A stretch of DNA of 29,191 nucleotides from NCBI GenBank assembly GCA_041736305.1, contig JBGSTX010000325.1, positions 1 to 29,191 of the forward strand, in the 5' to 3' direction. Positions 1 through 10,122 of the stretch are shown here, in pieces. Position 1 is the first letter of the stretch; every line of letters starts with the position of its first letter. Both the position numbers and the translations under genes were made by a program. This stretch comes from Oligoflexus sp. (GTDB lineage: Bacteria > Bdellovibrionota_B > Oligoflexia > Oligoflexales > Oligoflexaceae). The notes below the pieces were generated by a model. It had not been told where the DNA came from. It ran no database searches and saw nothing but the letters and a program-made list of their open reading frames with translations.

Positions 1-166
1 GCAGGCCAGATGGGAGAAGGCGATTGTCGGATCTTGCTATCCTTTGTCGATTGAGGTTCCGGAAAATTCCGATTTTGCTCTGCGGGCCGACTTACCAAAA
101 TGGAATTGAAGAGATAAGCTATAGAGAATTCCAAAACAGTAGCTCACTCGTGGGGAGAAATAGCCA

Positions 167-1405
167 TTGGGACTCATAGACGGCAAAAAAATGATTCTGC
201 TTCTCTTTGTAGCCGCCAATCTTCTCAACTACCTGGATCGCTATATCCTCGCAGCTGTTTTAAATCCCATTGGCGTAGACTTGAGTCTCAACGATGCCGA
301 GTTAGGGCGCCTCGCTCTAATGTTTCTGACAGTTTACCTCATCTCAGCACCAATCTTTAGCTATCTGGCTGAGCGACATTCCCGCGTCAAATTAGTTGCC
401 ATCGGAATTCTACTCTGGAGCCTTGCAACCTCAGCTGCCGCGTTTGCCGTCGACTTCAAGACGCTACTCTTAACTCGTGCCCTGGTAGGAATAGGTGAAG
501 CCGCTTATGCGACCTTAGGTCCCGCGATTCTAGCCGATCTCTATCCAGAAAAATCGCGAGCTCGGATTTTTACCTGGTTCTACCTGGCAATTCCGGTGGG
601 ATCAGCCTTGGGATATACCTTGGGTGGTGCGATCGAAGGGCTGGCGGGTTGGCGAGCAAGTTTTTTTGTCGCTGGACTGCCAGGTATCTTTCTCAGTTTC
701 ATGTTCTGGCGCATGAAAGAACCCAAACTTGGGGCACAGGATAGTGAGCCTCTGGCACTAAGCGACGGCAGAAACTATTTACAAAAAATTGGGCTGCTCT
801 TTAAAAATCGAATCTGGCTAGCCTGCACCGGCAGTTATATCGCTTACACTTTCGCTATGGGTGCCCTTTCCCATTGGGCGCCGACGCTCTTTCAACGTCT
901 CTATCAGCAAACTCCTGCCAGCGCCGGCACCCTCTTCGGCGCGATCGCTGTCGTCACCGGAATTATAGGGACTCTTTTGGGCGGTTATATTACCGACCGT
1001 TGGCAGGATCGCATACCCAACATCGGCCTTTGGCTTTCGACCTTGACCATGCTAGCCGCAGCTCCGGTCATGATGATAGGCCTTAGGGAAAGCAATATGA
1101 ATGTCGCCTATGCACTGTGGGCCATCGCGATGCTCCTTCTGTTCATCAACACCTCTCCCGTCAATGCGCTGACTGTGAGCTGCGTTCCAGCCCCGCTCCG
1201 AGCCAGTGCCATGGCTGTGAACATATTTCTGATCCACTTGCTCGGCGATGCGATCAGCCCCGAGATCGTCGGGCGTAGATCGATGGCTGGAGGGTCATCA
1301 GGGGAAGCGCTCGCCGAAGCTCTGATAATAAGCGTCCCTGCCATCATATTGTCCGGCCTTATTTTACTCTTTGCGCTGCGGAGACGTGAAGCCCAGAAAG
1401 CTTAG
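167..1405 (+). CDS. MFS transporter, spinster-like
   Basis: About 12 hydrophobic segments. Spinster-type N-terminal motif NLLNYLDRY, motif-A-like 'YLAERHSR', and 'RALVGIGEAAY...ADLYP'. GGAG lies about 10 nt upstream of the TTG start; ATG at 191 is an alternative start. Confidence 0.85.
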   Translation: MGLIDGKKMILLLFVAANLLNYLDRYILAAVLNPIGVDLSLNDAELGRLALMFLTVYLISAPIFSYLAERHSRVKLVAIGILLWSLATSAAAFAVDFKTLLLTRALVGIGEAAYATLGPAILADLYPEKSRARIFTWFYLAIPVGSALGYTLGGAIEGLAGWRASFFVAGLPGIFLSFMFWRMKEPKLGAQDSEPLALSDGRNYLQKIGLLFKNRIWLACTGSYIAYTFAMGALSHWAPTLFQRLYQQTPASAGTLFGAIAVVTGIIGTLLGGYITDRWQDRIPNIGLWLSTLTMLAAAPVMMIGLRESNMNVAYALWAIAMLLLFINTSPVNALTVSCVPAPLRASAMAVNIFLIHLLGDAISPEIVGRRSMAGGSSGEALAEALIISVPAIILSGLILLFALRRREAQKA

Positions 1406-1406
1406 A

Positions 1407-4043
1407 TTAAGCATCGACAGCCTCTACCGAGATGAGGCGGAGCACGGGGTGCCCCGCTTCGCGGGAGCGCGCACGATCTACTGTGAAAACTGCTTGCCAA
1501 TCATTGTGCTCGTGCGAATCGGTAAGGGTCTGCTCTATTCTCCAACCAGTTTTATCAGCTGTGGGAGTGAATCTGAAATACTGTGGATGCCTCGCCTGAC
1601 GGTCGCTTAGAATCTGGGGATGATCCTCGAAGTAAAGCTCCATCACCTGGCTGAGAGATTTTACGGTCCAGACGCGTTCCTGCGGCGCTGGTGGGGAGGC
1701 ATCCCCTTCGCTTTGGACATCCCCTCCCAAGAGAGCCAAGGCTGCTTCGTAGTCTCGCGCGGCTAAAGCGCGAACGAAGCGAAAGACCTCATTACGCGTT
1801 TGAACCGTGAAAGCTTTGCTATCACGGGTGACATCGGGAGCGATCCCAGCTTCCAGCTCAGCTTCAGTTGCCGCTCTGATCTCGCTTCCTTCAGCCAGGC
1901 CACCCTGCCTCAACTTTTCCCACTCGTCGAGGAGACTGGAGTCGATGTTGCGGATCATAGTGCCGAAGTAGTCAATCATGGCTTCAATTTCTTCACTCCG
2001 GTAAGACTCTGGCACCGTTTGGACCAGTACCTTATACACTTCCATTAGGTAACGCAGGAGGAGGCCTTCGGCACGCTGCTGCTCGTAGTCGCGGATATAT
2101 TCGTCGAAGCTAAAAAAGTTTTCATACATCTCTCGAGCTATCGACTTGGGCCGAATGTTCTCGTTGCCTATCCAGGGATGGTCGGCAGCAAATCTATTGA
2201 AGGTATCGTAGATAAATTCACGATTTGGCTTAGGGTATTCCAGCTTCTCTAGCTCGGCCAGGCGTTCTTCGTACTCGATGCCCTCGGCCTTCATTTCAGC
2301 CATTTTAATGGACTTTATGCGATCGAGCTGCTTTCTGAGAATAAGCTCGGGATTCTCCAGAATAGACTCTACAAGAGTAAGTAGATCCAGCGCAAAATCC
2401 TCAGCCCAGGGGTCCATGAGCTTCAGAGTGTCGAGCAGATAAAGCGAGAGAGATTGATTGAGGGAAAAATCAGTCTGGAGATTTTTATCGATCACCAGCT
2501 GCTTATGCCGACTCTCAAGGCTGTATTCAAATTGCACGATTCCGCGCTTCACGAGAGAGCGAAACATTTGAAACGCCGTCTTGTTCAAGCTACGCTTCGC
2601 CTGCGGAGTTTCATGACTATCTTTGATGAGGTTCCGCATCGCCCGACAGCCATCCTGAGGACGGCCTAGAATATTGAGCAGCATGCCGTGCGTGACTTGA
2701 AAGCGTGAGACCAAGGACTCTGGAGGGGACGTAATCAGTTTTTGAAAAGTGCTATTATCCCAGTGGACATAACCTTTTTCTGGTGGTTTTTTGCGCACTA
2801 TTTTCCGAAGTTTTTTGGGATCGCCTCCCGCCTTGGCTTCAAGTGCCATATTTTCGGTAATGTGCTCAGGCGCCTGAACCACCACGGTACCTTGATCGTC
2901 AAAGCCTTTGCGCCCCGCCCGACCGCTGATCTGCTGGAAGTCGCGGACGCTGAGGATGGTGGTCTTGTTGCCATCGTACTTGCAAAGTTTGGTAAAGAGC
3001 ACCGTCCGGATCGGTACATTCACGCCCACGCCTAGCGTGTCTGTCCCACTGATAATCTTTAGCAAACTTTTCTGGGCCAGCTGTTCAACGAGAAGACGGT
3101 ACTTCGGTAGGAGACCCGCGTGGTGGAGACCGATGCCATGCTTGAGCAACCTTTGGATTTCTTTTCCATAGGGACTAGAAAACTTCACTCCTATAAGTGC
3201 CTGGCCGATTGCCTGCTTTTCTTCCTTACTCGAAAAGTCCATCGACATGAGATTCTGGGCTTCTTCGGCGCAGTCGCGTTGCGTGAAGTTAACGAGATAG
3301 ATAGGGGCCTTACCGCTTTCCACCAGCTTTCTAATCGTCTCGTGTAAGAGAGTTTCCTGATAGACAAAGTTTAAAGGCACTGGTCGATCCGAAGATTTCA
3401 CGGTAACCGTTGCTCGTTTAGTCAGTTTATTCAAACTTTCTTCAAAGAAGCTTGTGTCACCGAAGGTGGCTGACATGAGGAGAAAGCGGGCTTTATCCAT
3501 GGTGAGGAGAGGAATTTGCCAAGCAACACCGCGATCTCGGTCGGCATAGTAGTGGAACTCGTCCATGATTACGTCGTCGACAGGGGCAGAGCGCCCCTCA
3601 CTCAGAGCCATGTTCGCCAAGATCTCTGCCGTGCAACAGAGTATAGGAGCATCTCGATTGACCGTCGCGTCGCCTGTGATCATCCCCACCTGCTCGGCAC
3701 CAAAATCCTGACAGAGGCTCAGAAATTTTTCATTGACGAGAGCTTTGATAGGGCAGGTATAAACCGACTTCCGCCCCATGGCCAGCGAGAGAAAATGAAG
3801 AGCGGTAGCGACCAGAGATTTGCCTGATCCGGTGGGCGTGTTGAGGATGACGTTTGAGCCGTCATAGAGAGAGAGGATAGCTTCTTCCTGGGCTGGATAG
3901 AGCTCGACCCCCCTTTCTTTAGCGTAATCGAGAAATAGCGCGATCAAATCTCCCGGGTCGACAGGACTTCCGGGAGGTGGAAGTCGCCTCAGAAGAGGGG
4001 AAAGAAAGGGATTGCTTGTCGCTTCGCTTCTGACTTCGCTCAT
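1407..4043 (-). CDS. Ski2/HelY-like SF2 DExH-box helicase with C-terminal extension (DUF3516-type)
   Basis: Walker [37 protein letters not shown] and QISGRAGR motifs are all present. AGGAG RBS upstream. Confidence 0.9.
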   Translation of the reverse strand: MSEVRSEATSNPFLSPLLRRLPPPGSPVDPGDLIALFLDYAKERGVELYPAQEEAILSLYDGSNVILNTPTGSGKSLVATALHFLSLAMGRKSVYTCPIKALVNEKFLSLCQDFGAEQVGMITGDATVNRDAPILCCTAEILANMALSEGRSAPVDDVIMDEFHYYADRDRGVAWQIPLLTMDKARFLLMSATFGDTSFFEESLNKLTKRATVTVKSSDRPVPLNFVYQETLLHETIRKLVESGKAPIYLVNFTQRDCAEEAQNLMSMDFSSKEEKQAIGQALIGVKFSSPYGKEIQRLLKHGIGLHHAGLLPKYRLLVEQLAQKSLLKIISGTDTLGVGVNVPIRTVLFTKLCKYDGNKTTILSVRDFQQISGRAGRKGFDDQGTVVVQAPEHITENMALEAKAGGDPKKLRKIVRKKPPEKGYVHWDNSTFQKLITSPPESLVSRFQVTHGMLLNILGRPQDGCRAMRNLIKDSHETPQAKRSLNKTAFQMFRSLVKRGIVQFEYSLESRHKQLVIDKNLQTDFSLNQSLSLYLLDTLKLMDPWAEDFALDLLTLVESILENPELILRKQLDRIKSIKMAEMKAEGIEYEERLAELEKLEYPKPNREFIYDTFNRFAADHPWIGNENIRPKSIAREMYENFFSFDEYIRDYEQQRAEGLLLRYLMEVYKVLVQTVPESYRSEEIEAMIDYFGTMIRNIDSSLLDEWEKLRQGGLAEGSEIRAATEAELEAGIAPDVTRDSKAFTVQTRNEVFRFVRALAARDYEAALALLGGDVQSEGDASPPAPQERVWTVKSLSQVMELYFEDHPQILSDRQARHPQYFRFTPTADKTGWRIEQTLTDSHEHNDWQAVFTVDRARSREAGHPVLRLISVEAVDA

Positions 4044-4123
4044 GGCCGGCTCCTGGACTAATCCTCAAGATGAGTTCGCATCGCGCGTTGAGGCTTTGAG
4101 GATTTTACATACCATAGCCACGT

Positions 4124-4163
4124 AAAAAAAAGGCCGCTTCTGAGCAAGCGGCCCTTATTTTTT
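4124..4163 (-). terminator. Rho-independent terminator after the cholesterol oxidase gene, possibly bidirectional
   Basis: Stem GGCCGCTT (4132-4139) pairs with AAGCGGCC (4146-4153). An A8 run on the left gives a U-tract on the minus strand, and a T-rich run lies on the right. It sits about 20 nt past the stop at 4182. Confidence 0.85.
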
Positions 4164-4181
4164 GACCCAGCTAGCCGGGAA

Positions 4182-5789
4182 TTAAAAGTCTTTCGCGAGT
4201 ATGTCTTCCATATTCCGCTCTGCCAAAGCCGCGATAGTCAAAGAAGGGTTCGTGCAGGCCGCAGACCCAGGCATGAAAGCGCCATCATTGACGTAGAGAC
4301 CCTCGTACCCTTTGACGCGACCATAAAAGTCCGTCGCCTTACCGAGGACGCAGCCACCGAGGGGATGGTAGCTAATGTCGTCTTTGACGCGATCTTTCAA
4401 GTAAGTCAGGAGCGACGTGGTGACCCCGCCGTTGGCTTGATTGAGTCTAGACATCGTGTCGAGCAGCGCTTCATTGATGCGTTCCTGCCCTTTATCTTCC
4501 TTCGGCCATTCGATAGTGATTTCATCTTTTGCCGTATCGTAGCGGAATTCACCCCGTGTCTCGGTGATACCGACGCTAAAATAGAGCAGACCGAAGAGAT
4601 CGATACCGAGCGGAAGTTGAGGATGCTCGACGTTCAGGGGAGTTAAAGGATGATCAAGTTGATTGAGCACGAGAGCAGGGGGACCACCTTGCCACTGGCC
4701 GGTCGAAGCGTTTACAGCCAGGCGCAGAGCATAAGCATTGCCGTTGTTACCCCAGCCTTTACCAACTTCGCTGTTCAAGCGAGGCAAGTTACCCTTGGCC
4801 TTAGCTTTCACCAGCAGACTGCTAGTGCCGACTGTGCCGGCCGCAAGGAATAGTTTTTTACAGGTATAGCGACGCTTAGCAATTACGTCGCCGTCAACAT
4901 CGAGTTCGTTGGTTTGGATCCAGTAGCTGCCTTCGGCGTCGACACCGATATCTTGAACCTGGTGTAGAGTCCGCACTTCCAGCAGCCCACTTGCTTCAGC
5001 TTCTTTCAAGTAAGAGTTATCTAGAGTCGCTTTCGCTCCACTATTAACGCCATAAACAGCCTCACCTTGTGTGATGGAGGGGGGAATCTTGCCGGCGATC
5101 TCATCGCGCACGATATCCCAGTCGGTACCAGTCGTGATGTGTTCCCATTCGATACCGGCGCGATCAGCTTGCTCCTGAGCTACCCTGACATGCTTAAAGC
5201 AATCGGCTTCCAAAACGTCTGCGGGAATAGGCGAGCGTTTGAGCTTACTGCTCACCGTCTCGTAATGACGCTCCAAGTCCTCATAGGGAATTTCACGAGG
5301 GAAAACCAGATCGTAAATTTTCTTTTCTGGTTTGACGAGGATGCCACCGTAGGTGATGGAACCGCCGCCAAAGGCTGCTCCGTTCAAGACGGTTTTTCCC
5401 GCTAGTTCACGAGCCTGAAGAACACCTGTAGTTTTGGGTATAGGTAAGGGGGGACCGAGGGGTACCACGGTCTTATTGCTCAACCACGCGGCTCTTCCAT
5501 CTGGATAAAGGTTTTTAGAGAAACGGCGCTCACCGGGGGGAAGGGGCTGATCCCAACGCCGACCTTGCTCGATCATCAGAACCGGGATGCCATTCTCGGT
5601 CAAGCGGAGTGCTGTTACAGCACCACCAAAACCACTCCCAATAATTATGACGTCTCTATGAACATCAGGAAAAACCTTTGCTGGCGCCTTCCACCCAAAA
5701 GCTGGCGTAGTACTCAATACGGCTCCGCCCCCTATAGCGCCAACGAAAAAACGTCGTGAAAAAGACTTTTTATTAAGAGTTTCCTGCAT
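4182..5789 (-). CDS. Tat-exported cholesterol oxidase-like GMC oxidoreductase
   Basis: Twin-arginine signal SRRFFVG and FAD motif IIIGSGFGG. C-terminal YHPLGGCVLGKATD.YGRV and NPSLTIAALAERN motifs match class I (Streptomyces-type) cholesterol oxidases. Start placed at ATG 5789, which has an AGGA RBS; the ORF is open to 5822. Confidence 0.8.
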   Translation of the reverse strand: MQETLNKKSFSRRFFVGAIGGGAVLSTTPAFGWKAPAKVFPDVHRDVIIIGSGFGGAVTALRLTENGIPVLMIEQGRRWDQPLPPGERRFSKNLYPDGRAAWLSNKTVVPLGPPLPIPKTTGVLQARELAGKTVLNGAAFGGGSITYGGILVKPEKKIYDLVFPREIPYEDLERHYETVSSKLKRSPIPADVLEADCFKHVRVAQEQADRAGIEWEHITTGTDWDIVRDEIAGKIPPSITQGEAVYGVNSGAKATLDNSYLKEAEASGLLEVRTLHQVQDIGVDAEGSYWIQTNELDVDGDVIAKRRYTCKKLFLAAGTVGTSSLLVKAKAKGNLPRLNSEVGKGWGNNGNAYALRLAVNASTGQWQGGPPALVLNQLDHPLTPLNVEHPQLPLGIDLFGLLYFSVGITETRGEFRYDTAKDEITIEWPKEDKGQERINEALLDTMSRLNQANGGVTTSLLTYLKDRVKDDISYHPLGGCVLGKATDFYGRVKGYEGLYVNDGAFMPGSAACTNPSLTIAALAERNMEDILAKDF

Positions 5790-6142
5790 GTGTCCTAGGC
5801 CCTCGAAGAATGTTAGTCGCATGGCAAGAGAGAGGCACCTGCACCTCTAAGCTCTATCTACCGAGCCCGAAGATTGCCCGCAGTCACATCCTGAAGTCAA
5901 TGAGCATCATGGCTTTCAACCCAATTTAAAAAAATTTAGGAAGGAGAAAAAAAGAGTAGGAGGATCCATAGTACGGCTTTTATCGCCGTACAGAAAAATC
6001 TCTAGAGGATTCTTAGCAACTCGAGTTCAAGTTTATCTAATCTACACTTCCCTTGTTTTTGCAGGTGGTTGGCCGGCCAAATCTAAACTTTCACTCAAAG
6101 CTGAGCTAGAACCATAAAAGCTTAAGGATAAGGAGTCTCACT

Positions 6143-6592
6143 GTGAAAATTCAAACTATTATCAGCGCTCTCTTCACCGGTATCTTTGGATCGACTCTTG
6201 CTCTTTCCGCAGTTGTAGTGCCGACGGAAAATCAAATTTGCACGAGGGATCTCAACCCTTGGCGTCAAGCCAGCAACTGCTCCTGCCCACTTGATACTCA
6301 CTACGATCAACGCATTGGGTATTGTGTAGAAGGTTCCGCGCCTAGAATTTCGGCCCTAGGGGAGATTCGAACAGATGTTGTGGCGATTGGTGGAGAAACT
6401 ACCGGAGTCTTACTGAAGGGCCTGGACAGAAAGCAGTTTGAGTTGGTCTTGTCTAACCAGCTGCTGGAAGAAATTCAAGGGCTCGAGAAGAAAGACCAGC
6501 TTTTCGAAGTGCGAGGCGAATATATCGAGCTGCCGGGCATTGAAATCTCTCGACGTCCGGCGATCATAGTGAATAGCATAGACGCCCTCTGA
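6143..6592 (+). CDS. Secreted hypothetical protein with a small 4-Cys module
   Basis: AAGGAG RBS before the GTG start, a signal peptide ending ..ALSA, and CTRDLNPW...NCSCP...YC. Confidence 0.75.
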   Translation: MKIQTIISALFTGIFGSTLALSAVVVPTENQICTRDLNPWRQASNCSCPLDTHYDQRIGYCVEGSAPRISALGEIRTDVVAIGGETTGVLLKGLDRKQFELVLSNQLLEEIQGLEKKDQLFEVRGEYIELPGIEISRRPAIIVNSIDAL

Positions 6593-6614
6593 TAGCCCTC
6601 AGAGGACAAAGGCG

Positions 6615-7958
6615 TTAAGACCCAGCACGCTGTTTGGGGTTTTCTTTATATCCGCGCAGTGGTCGGTCATTAGGCTTTACATCGCAGGTCCCTGCATCAT
6701 CTGTTGCGCCTGCCATAAATGCTTTCTTAGCCACCCCAAAATAGGCAACAAGCCTGTGATCACCTGCTTGATTTGGAAAAGAATTGAATATATCACTGTT
6801 AGTCTCAATATTTTCCCATCCGTCTCCGTAAAAGAGCTTCTCTGAAGCATCGTAGTAGCCAAGCGCCCCTACATGCCAGTAGCCATTGGTATTTGGAGCG
6901 CCTGTGGGAAGGCCTGTTACCAGATCTGCGTGATTACGAAAACGCACGACGCTAATTTTTTGTTTTTCAGCATAATTGTCAAAGTTTTGAGCGAAGACGC
7001 TATCGCCGATCCGAGGAGAACCCATGTTATAGTTTCCCACCAGCTCGACGTTTTTGAATTCGCCTCGCTCTTTCCTCAGCATCAAGTCAGCTGTCATCAC
7101 CGTTGCGAGGGCAGCCCCAAGGCTATGCCCACTTATCCAGAGTCGGAGCGGTCGGAATTTTGATCTCTCTTCGAGAATTTTTAGCAAGCCCTCGCTAATC
7201 TGTTCATAGCCATCGGAAAAACCCGTATGGACCATGCCCATACCCTTCATTTCTTTATGGGCTATCAACGCATCACTTTGGATATCGGGGACTTGATCGA
7301 CTTCGGTTCCTCGAAACACAATGACACTGAAGTCGAGCTTAGAGTTCTCAGCATAGAATGCTTGGCTGGATTTTTGGTCTAGGTTCCCATCGTTTCTTTT
7401 CTTCAGTGAGCTCAGAAAGATAATCTTTTTGTTAGTATCTTGGCCGTTGACTAGATCTTGTTGGAAATCAACAGCCTTCTGCCCGTCATCTTTATAATTT
7501 ATTCCGAACTTTCCCTGGTATTCAGCTAGTAGCTTTTTGTAAATAAGCTCTCGCTCAGCCTCTGAATTCCACTTATCATCCGTATCGATAATCTTTTCAT
7601 TGACCCGCTTTAGGCGCAGAACATACCACTTACGAAGGAAATCCTTTCCTTCACCTGCATCGCCGAAACCCAAGCTCTCTAATCTAGGACCGATCACCTT
7701 GAAATGCGAATAAGATAATATAGAAAAATAGGTGAGCCAAAGATTGTTGACGAGGCTCATCGAACGCTTCGTTGGGCAAAAATTGAAGTTAAGTCCATCC
7801 AGCATTGCATCTGTGATGACCGAACCTCGGTCAGAACCTGCGATCTCTGCATCGACCCCTGGTTTTTTACCGCCCGTGCGGCAAGACAGTGGCAATATCA
7901 CGGCTAGGCAGATGGGAAGAATTCTAATTCTACTCAAGGACAGTCTCCCTTTTTGCAA
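6615..7958 (-). CDS. Class 3 lipase family lipoprotein
   Basis: Lipobox-like LPLSC. Lipase motifs FRGT, VHTGF, nucleophile GHSLG, GSPRIGD, DLVTGLP, YWHVG and C-terminal DH. Exact start uncertain (TTG). Confidence 0.85.
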   Translation of the reverse strand: MQKGRLSLSRIRILPICLAVILPLSCRTGGKKPGVDAEIAGSDRGSVITDAMLDGLNFNFCPTKRSMSLVNNLWLTYFSILSYSHFKVIGPRLESLGFGDAGEGKDFLRKWYVLRLKRVNEKIIDTDDKWNSEAERELIYKKLLAEYQGKFGINYKDDGQKAVDFQQDLVNGQDTNKKIIFLSSLKKRNDGNLDQKSSQAFYAENSKLDFSVIVFRGTEVDQVPDIQSDALIAHKEMKGMGMVHTGFSDGYEQISEGLLKILEERSKFRPLRLWISGHSLGAALATVMTADLMLRKERGEFKNVELVGNYNMGSPRIGDSVFAQNFDNYAEKQKISVVRFRNHADLVTGLPTGAPNTNGYWHVGALGYYDASEKLFYGDGWENIETNSDIFNSFPNQAGDHRLVAYFGVAKKAFMAGATDDAGTCDVKPNDRPLRGYKENPKQRAGS

Positions 7959-8173
7959 AACGTCCCGAACAAATCATCCGGCAGATGCTTTTCAGTCGTG
8001 TTGAGGCGTATTGTGAACCATCATTCTTAAGGCTAAACCGCGTGGCAGGAGCCGTCTACAGGGGGGCAATTTTTGCAGCGAGATCGCGGACGGTTTTGGC
8101 AAAAGCTTGACCTACACATTCTAGCGTGCAAGATTTGTGATTCATCGCTCCCGGGAACTTAGACAAGCCGGGA

Positions 8174-8962
8174 ATGAAAGGACCTTTTATGCATGTAGAT
8201 CTAGGGCAAGGCGTGAAGATAGCTTATCGAATTACCGGCAATGGACCTCCAGTGATGATGCTTATGGGCTTTGGAGCTACGATGGATCTGTGGAGCGAAG
8301 CCTTCATAAAGTCACTGAGCAAGCACTTTCAAGTCATTGTGCTCGACAACAGAGGTACGGGCGCGAGTATAGGACCCGAAGGCCCCGTGAGTATCAAAGA
8401 CTTCGCCACCGATATCGTCGGTCTCATGGATAAGCTAGGATTTAAAAAAGCCCATATCTTCGGCATATCGATGGGTGGAATGATTGCTCAGCAAGTCGCT
8501 GTGAGCTATCCCGAACGCGTCGAGAAACTCGTTTTGGGCGCTACGACTTGCGCATCAAAATTCATCAGGAAAAACCCTGCTTTACTGGGTCTTTTTCTTT
8601 TTAAAATATGGCCCACCTTTGCGATTGGGACTATGATATCGAAAGAGTATTTGCGCCAGCATCCAGAGGCTATCGAGCCCATCAAAAGCTATGCGAAAAA
8701 AAATCCAAGTAAGTTGAAAGTACTTCGCCTGCAGAGTGCAGCTGTTCGCGGCTACGACCTTTCAGAAGAAATCCAGCATATTGCGATCCCCACCCTCATT
8801 CTGGTTGGTACAGGTGATCGCATCATCAATCCCGAAAACTCGGACATTATCGCGGCTAAGATTAAGGGGTCTCGCCTGGTGAAGTTTTCGGGTGTTGGGC
8901 ATTTTTTTCCGCTTGAAAAGCCGGAGGAAACCACCCGAGAAGTTCTGGGGTTTCTCACTTAA
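8174..8962 (+). CDS. Alpha/beta fold hydrolase (Abhydrolase_1 type)
   Basis: DNRGTGAS, nucleophile elbow GISMGG, PTLILVGTGD and GVGH complete the Ser-Asp-His triad. Confidence 0.88.
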   Translation: MKGPFMHVDLGQGVKIAYRITGNGPPVMMLMGFGATMDLWSEAFIKSLSKHFQVIVLDNRGTGASIGPEGPVSIKDFATDIVGLMDKLGFKKAHIFGISMGGMIAQQVAVSYPERVEKLVLGATTCASKFIRKNPALLGLFLFKIWPTFAIGTMISKEYLRQHPEAIEPIKSYAKKNPSKLKVLRLQSAAVRGYDLSEEIQHIAIPTLILVGTGDRIINPENSDIIAAKIKGSRLVKFSGVGHFFPLEKPEETTREVLGFLT

Positions 8963-8972
8963 AAAGGATTGA

Positions 8973-9992
8973 TCAAGGCGCGATGTTATAACTCACATTG
9001 AGGACCATGCCTGTTTTAAAAGGGACTGAGCTCGATAAGTACACCCTGTTTTCAATGGCATGCAAAGTCCACAGATCCCTTGCCAGTTCCTTACCGTCGA
9101 GCGTGACAAGTAAACGCGTGCTATCAAGAGGCTTTTTGCTAAGAAGCATTGAGGCGCTCCTCCTCAGCAAATCAAGCGAGAAGTGCCGCAATAGAGAGGA
9201 CCAGTCGCGGGAACAGATGTCTAGGAGAGTGCCTCCGGTGCGAGTGGCGAGGGTTATATATTCTTGGCCGACGCGGGCAAGCTCACAAACGCCCTCGGCC
9301 TGCACCGAGCTTTGCAAACCCACGATGCCGCTGACCGTCGCCTTCCATTTATTGCCCGGATCAAAGTCTTTGGCGAGGTTACTGTAGGCATCTCGCGTTC
9401 CCGGGGGATTTAAACCATCGTCGTCCGTGATCACTAAAATTTCTAGCTGAGCGCCTGGCCGAAACAAGAAAGGGGTCGGCAAGACTCCGCCTCTCACATC
9501 GAAATACCTATCCGTAAAAAGGCCATTTAAGAGTCTCGAAACCTGTCCTAGGGCATTGTTGCTTCCTACCCTTTGATTGACTATCGCGATCTTAGAGCTG
9601 TCCATTTCAGCCGGAAAATTGAAAAAGCTACCGCTTGGCTCAGGAGCTGTTCCCAGCAAGAAGTGGATGCGAGGATCGAGATTACCCTTCTGCATCGCCA
9701 GCAGAAGCTGCTTAAGATTATTTTCGATCGCAGCCCGTTCTTCGAGCATACTGCCGCTGGAATCAAGAGCGATGATGAGGTCGACCGCACTGGAAAGTTG
9801 CGTGCTATCGCTTACAATCGGCAGTGAGCTATCGAGTAGGTTAGATTCAGCAGACTGTTTGCCCGAGCTATTCCCCGAATCGATCTCCTGGGCGATGGCG
9901 TCACCTGCTGCCTCTCTACTTGAGAAAGATGAATCATTGCAGCCAAAAATGCTGAGAAGACCCGCAAATAGCAGAGCTGGCTTCTTGCCCAT
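8973..9992 (-). CDS. VWA (von Willebrand factor A) domain lipoprotein
   Basis: Lipobox IFGC, MIDAS motif DSSGS, ILVITDD, and 'Y..LA..TGG...DIC..DW'. Confidence 0.75.
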   Translation of the reverse strand: MGKKPALLFAGLLSIFGCNDSSFSSREAAGDAIAQEIDSGNSSGKQSAESNLLDSSLPIVSDSTQLSSAVDLIIALDSSGSMLEERAAIENNLKQLLLAMQKGNLDPRIHFLLGTAPEPSGSFFNFPAEMDSSKIAIVNQRVGSNNALGQVSRLLNGLFTDRYFDVRGGVLPTPFLFRPGAQLEILVITDDDGLNPPGTRDAYSNLAKDFDPGNKWKATVSGIVGLQSSVQAEGVCELARVGQEYITLATRTGGTLLDICSRDWSSLLRHFSLDLLRRSASMLLSKKPLDSTRLLVTLDGKELARDLWTLHAIENRVYLSSSVPFKTGMVLNVSYNIAP

Positions 9993-10122
9993 ATCCTTTA
10001 CCCTTCTTGGCTAAATTCTCATAGTTGAGCTTCGGCGCGATTGAGGCAAAGAATGAGCCGGCAAAATCAAGATCAAGGACTTCAGTTACTTAGAAACCTA
10101 CATCAAAAAATTGCCGACTTTA

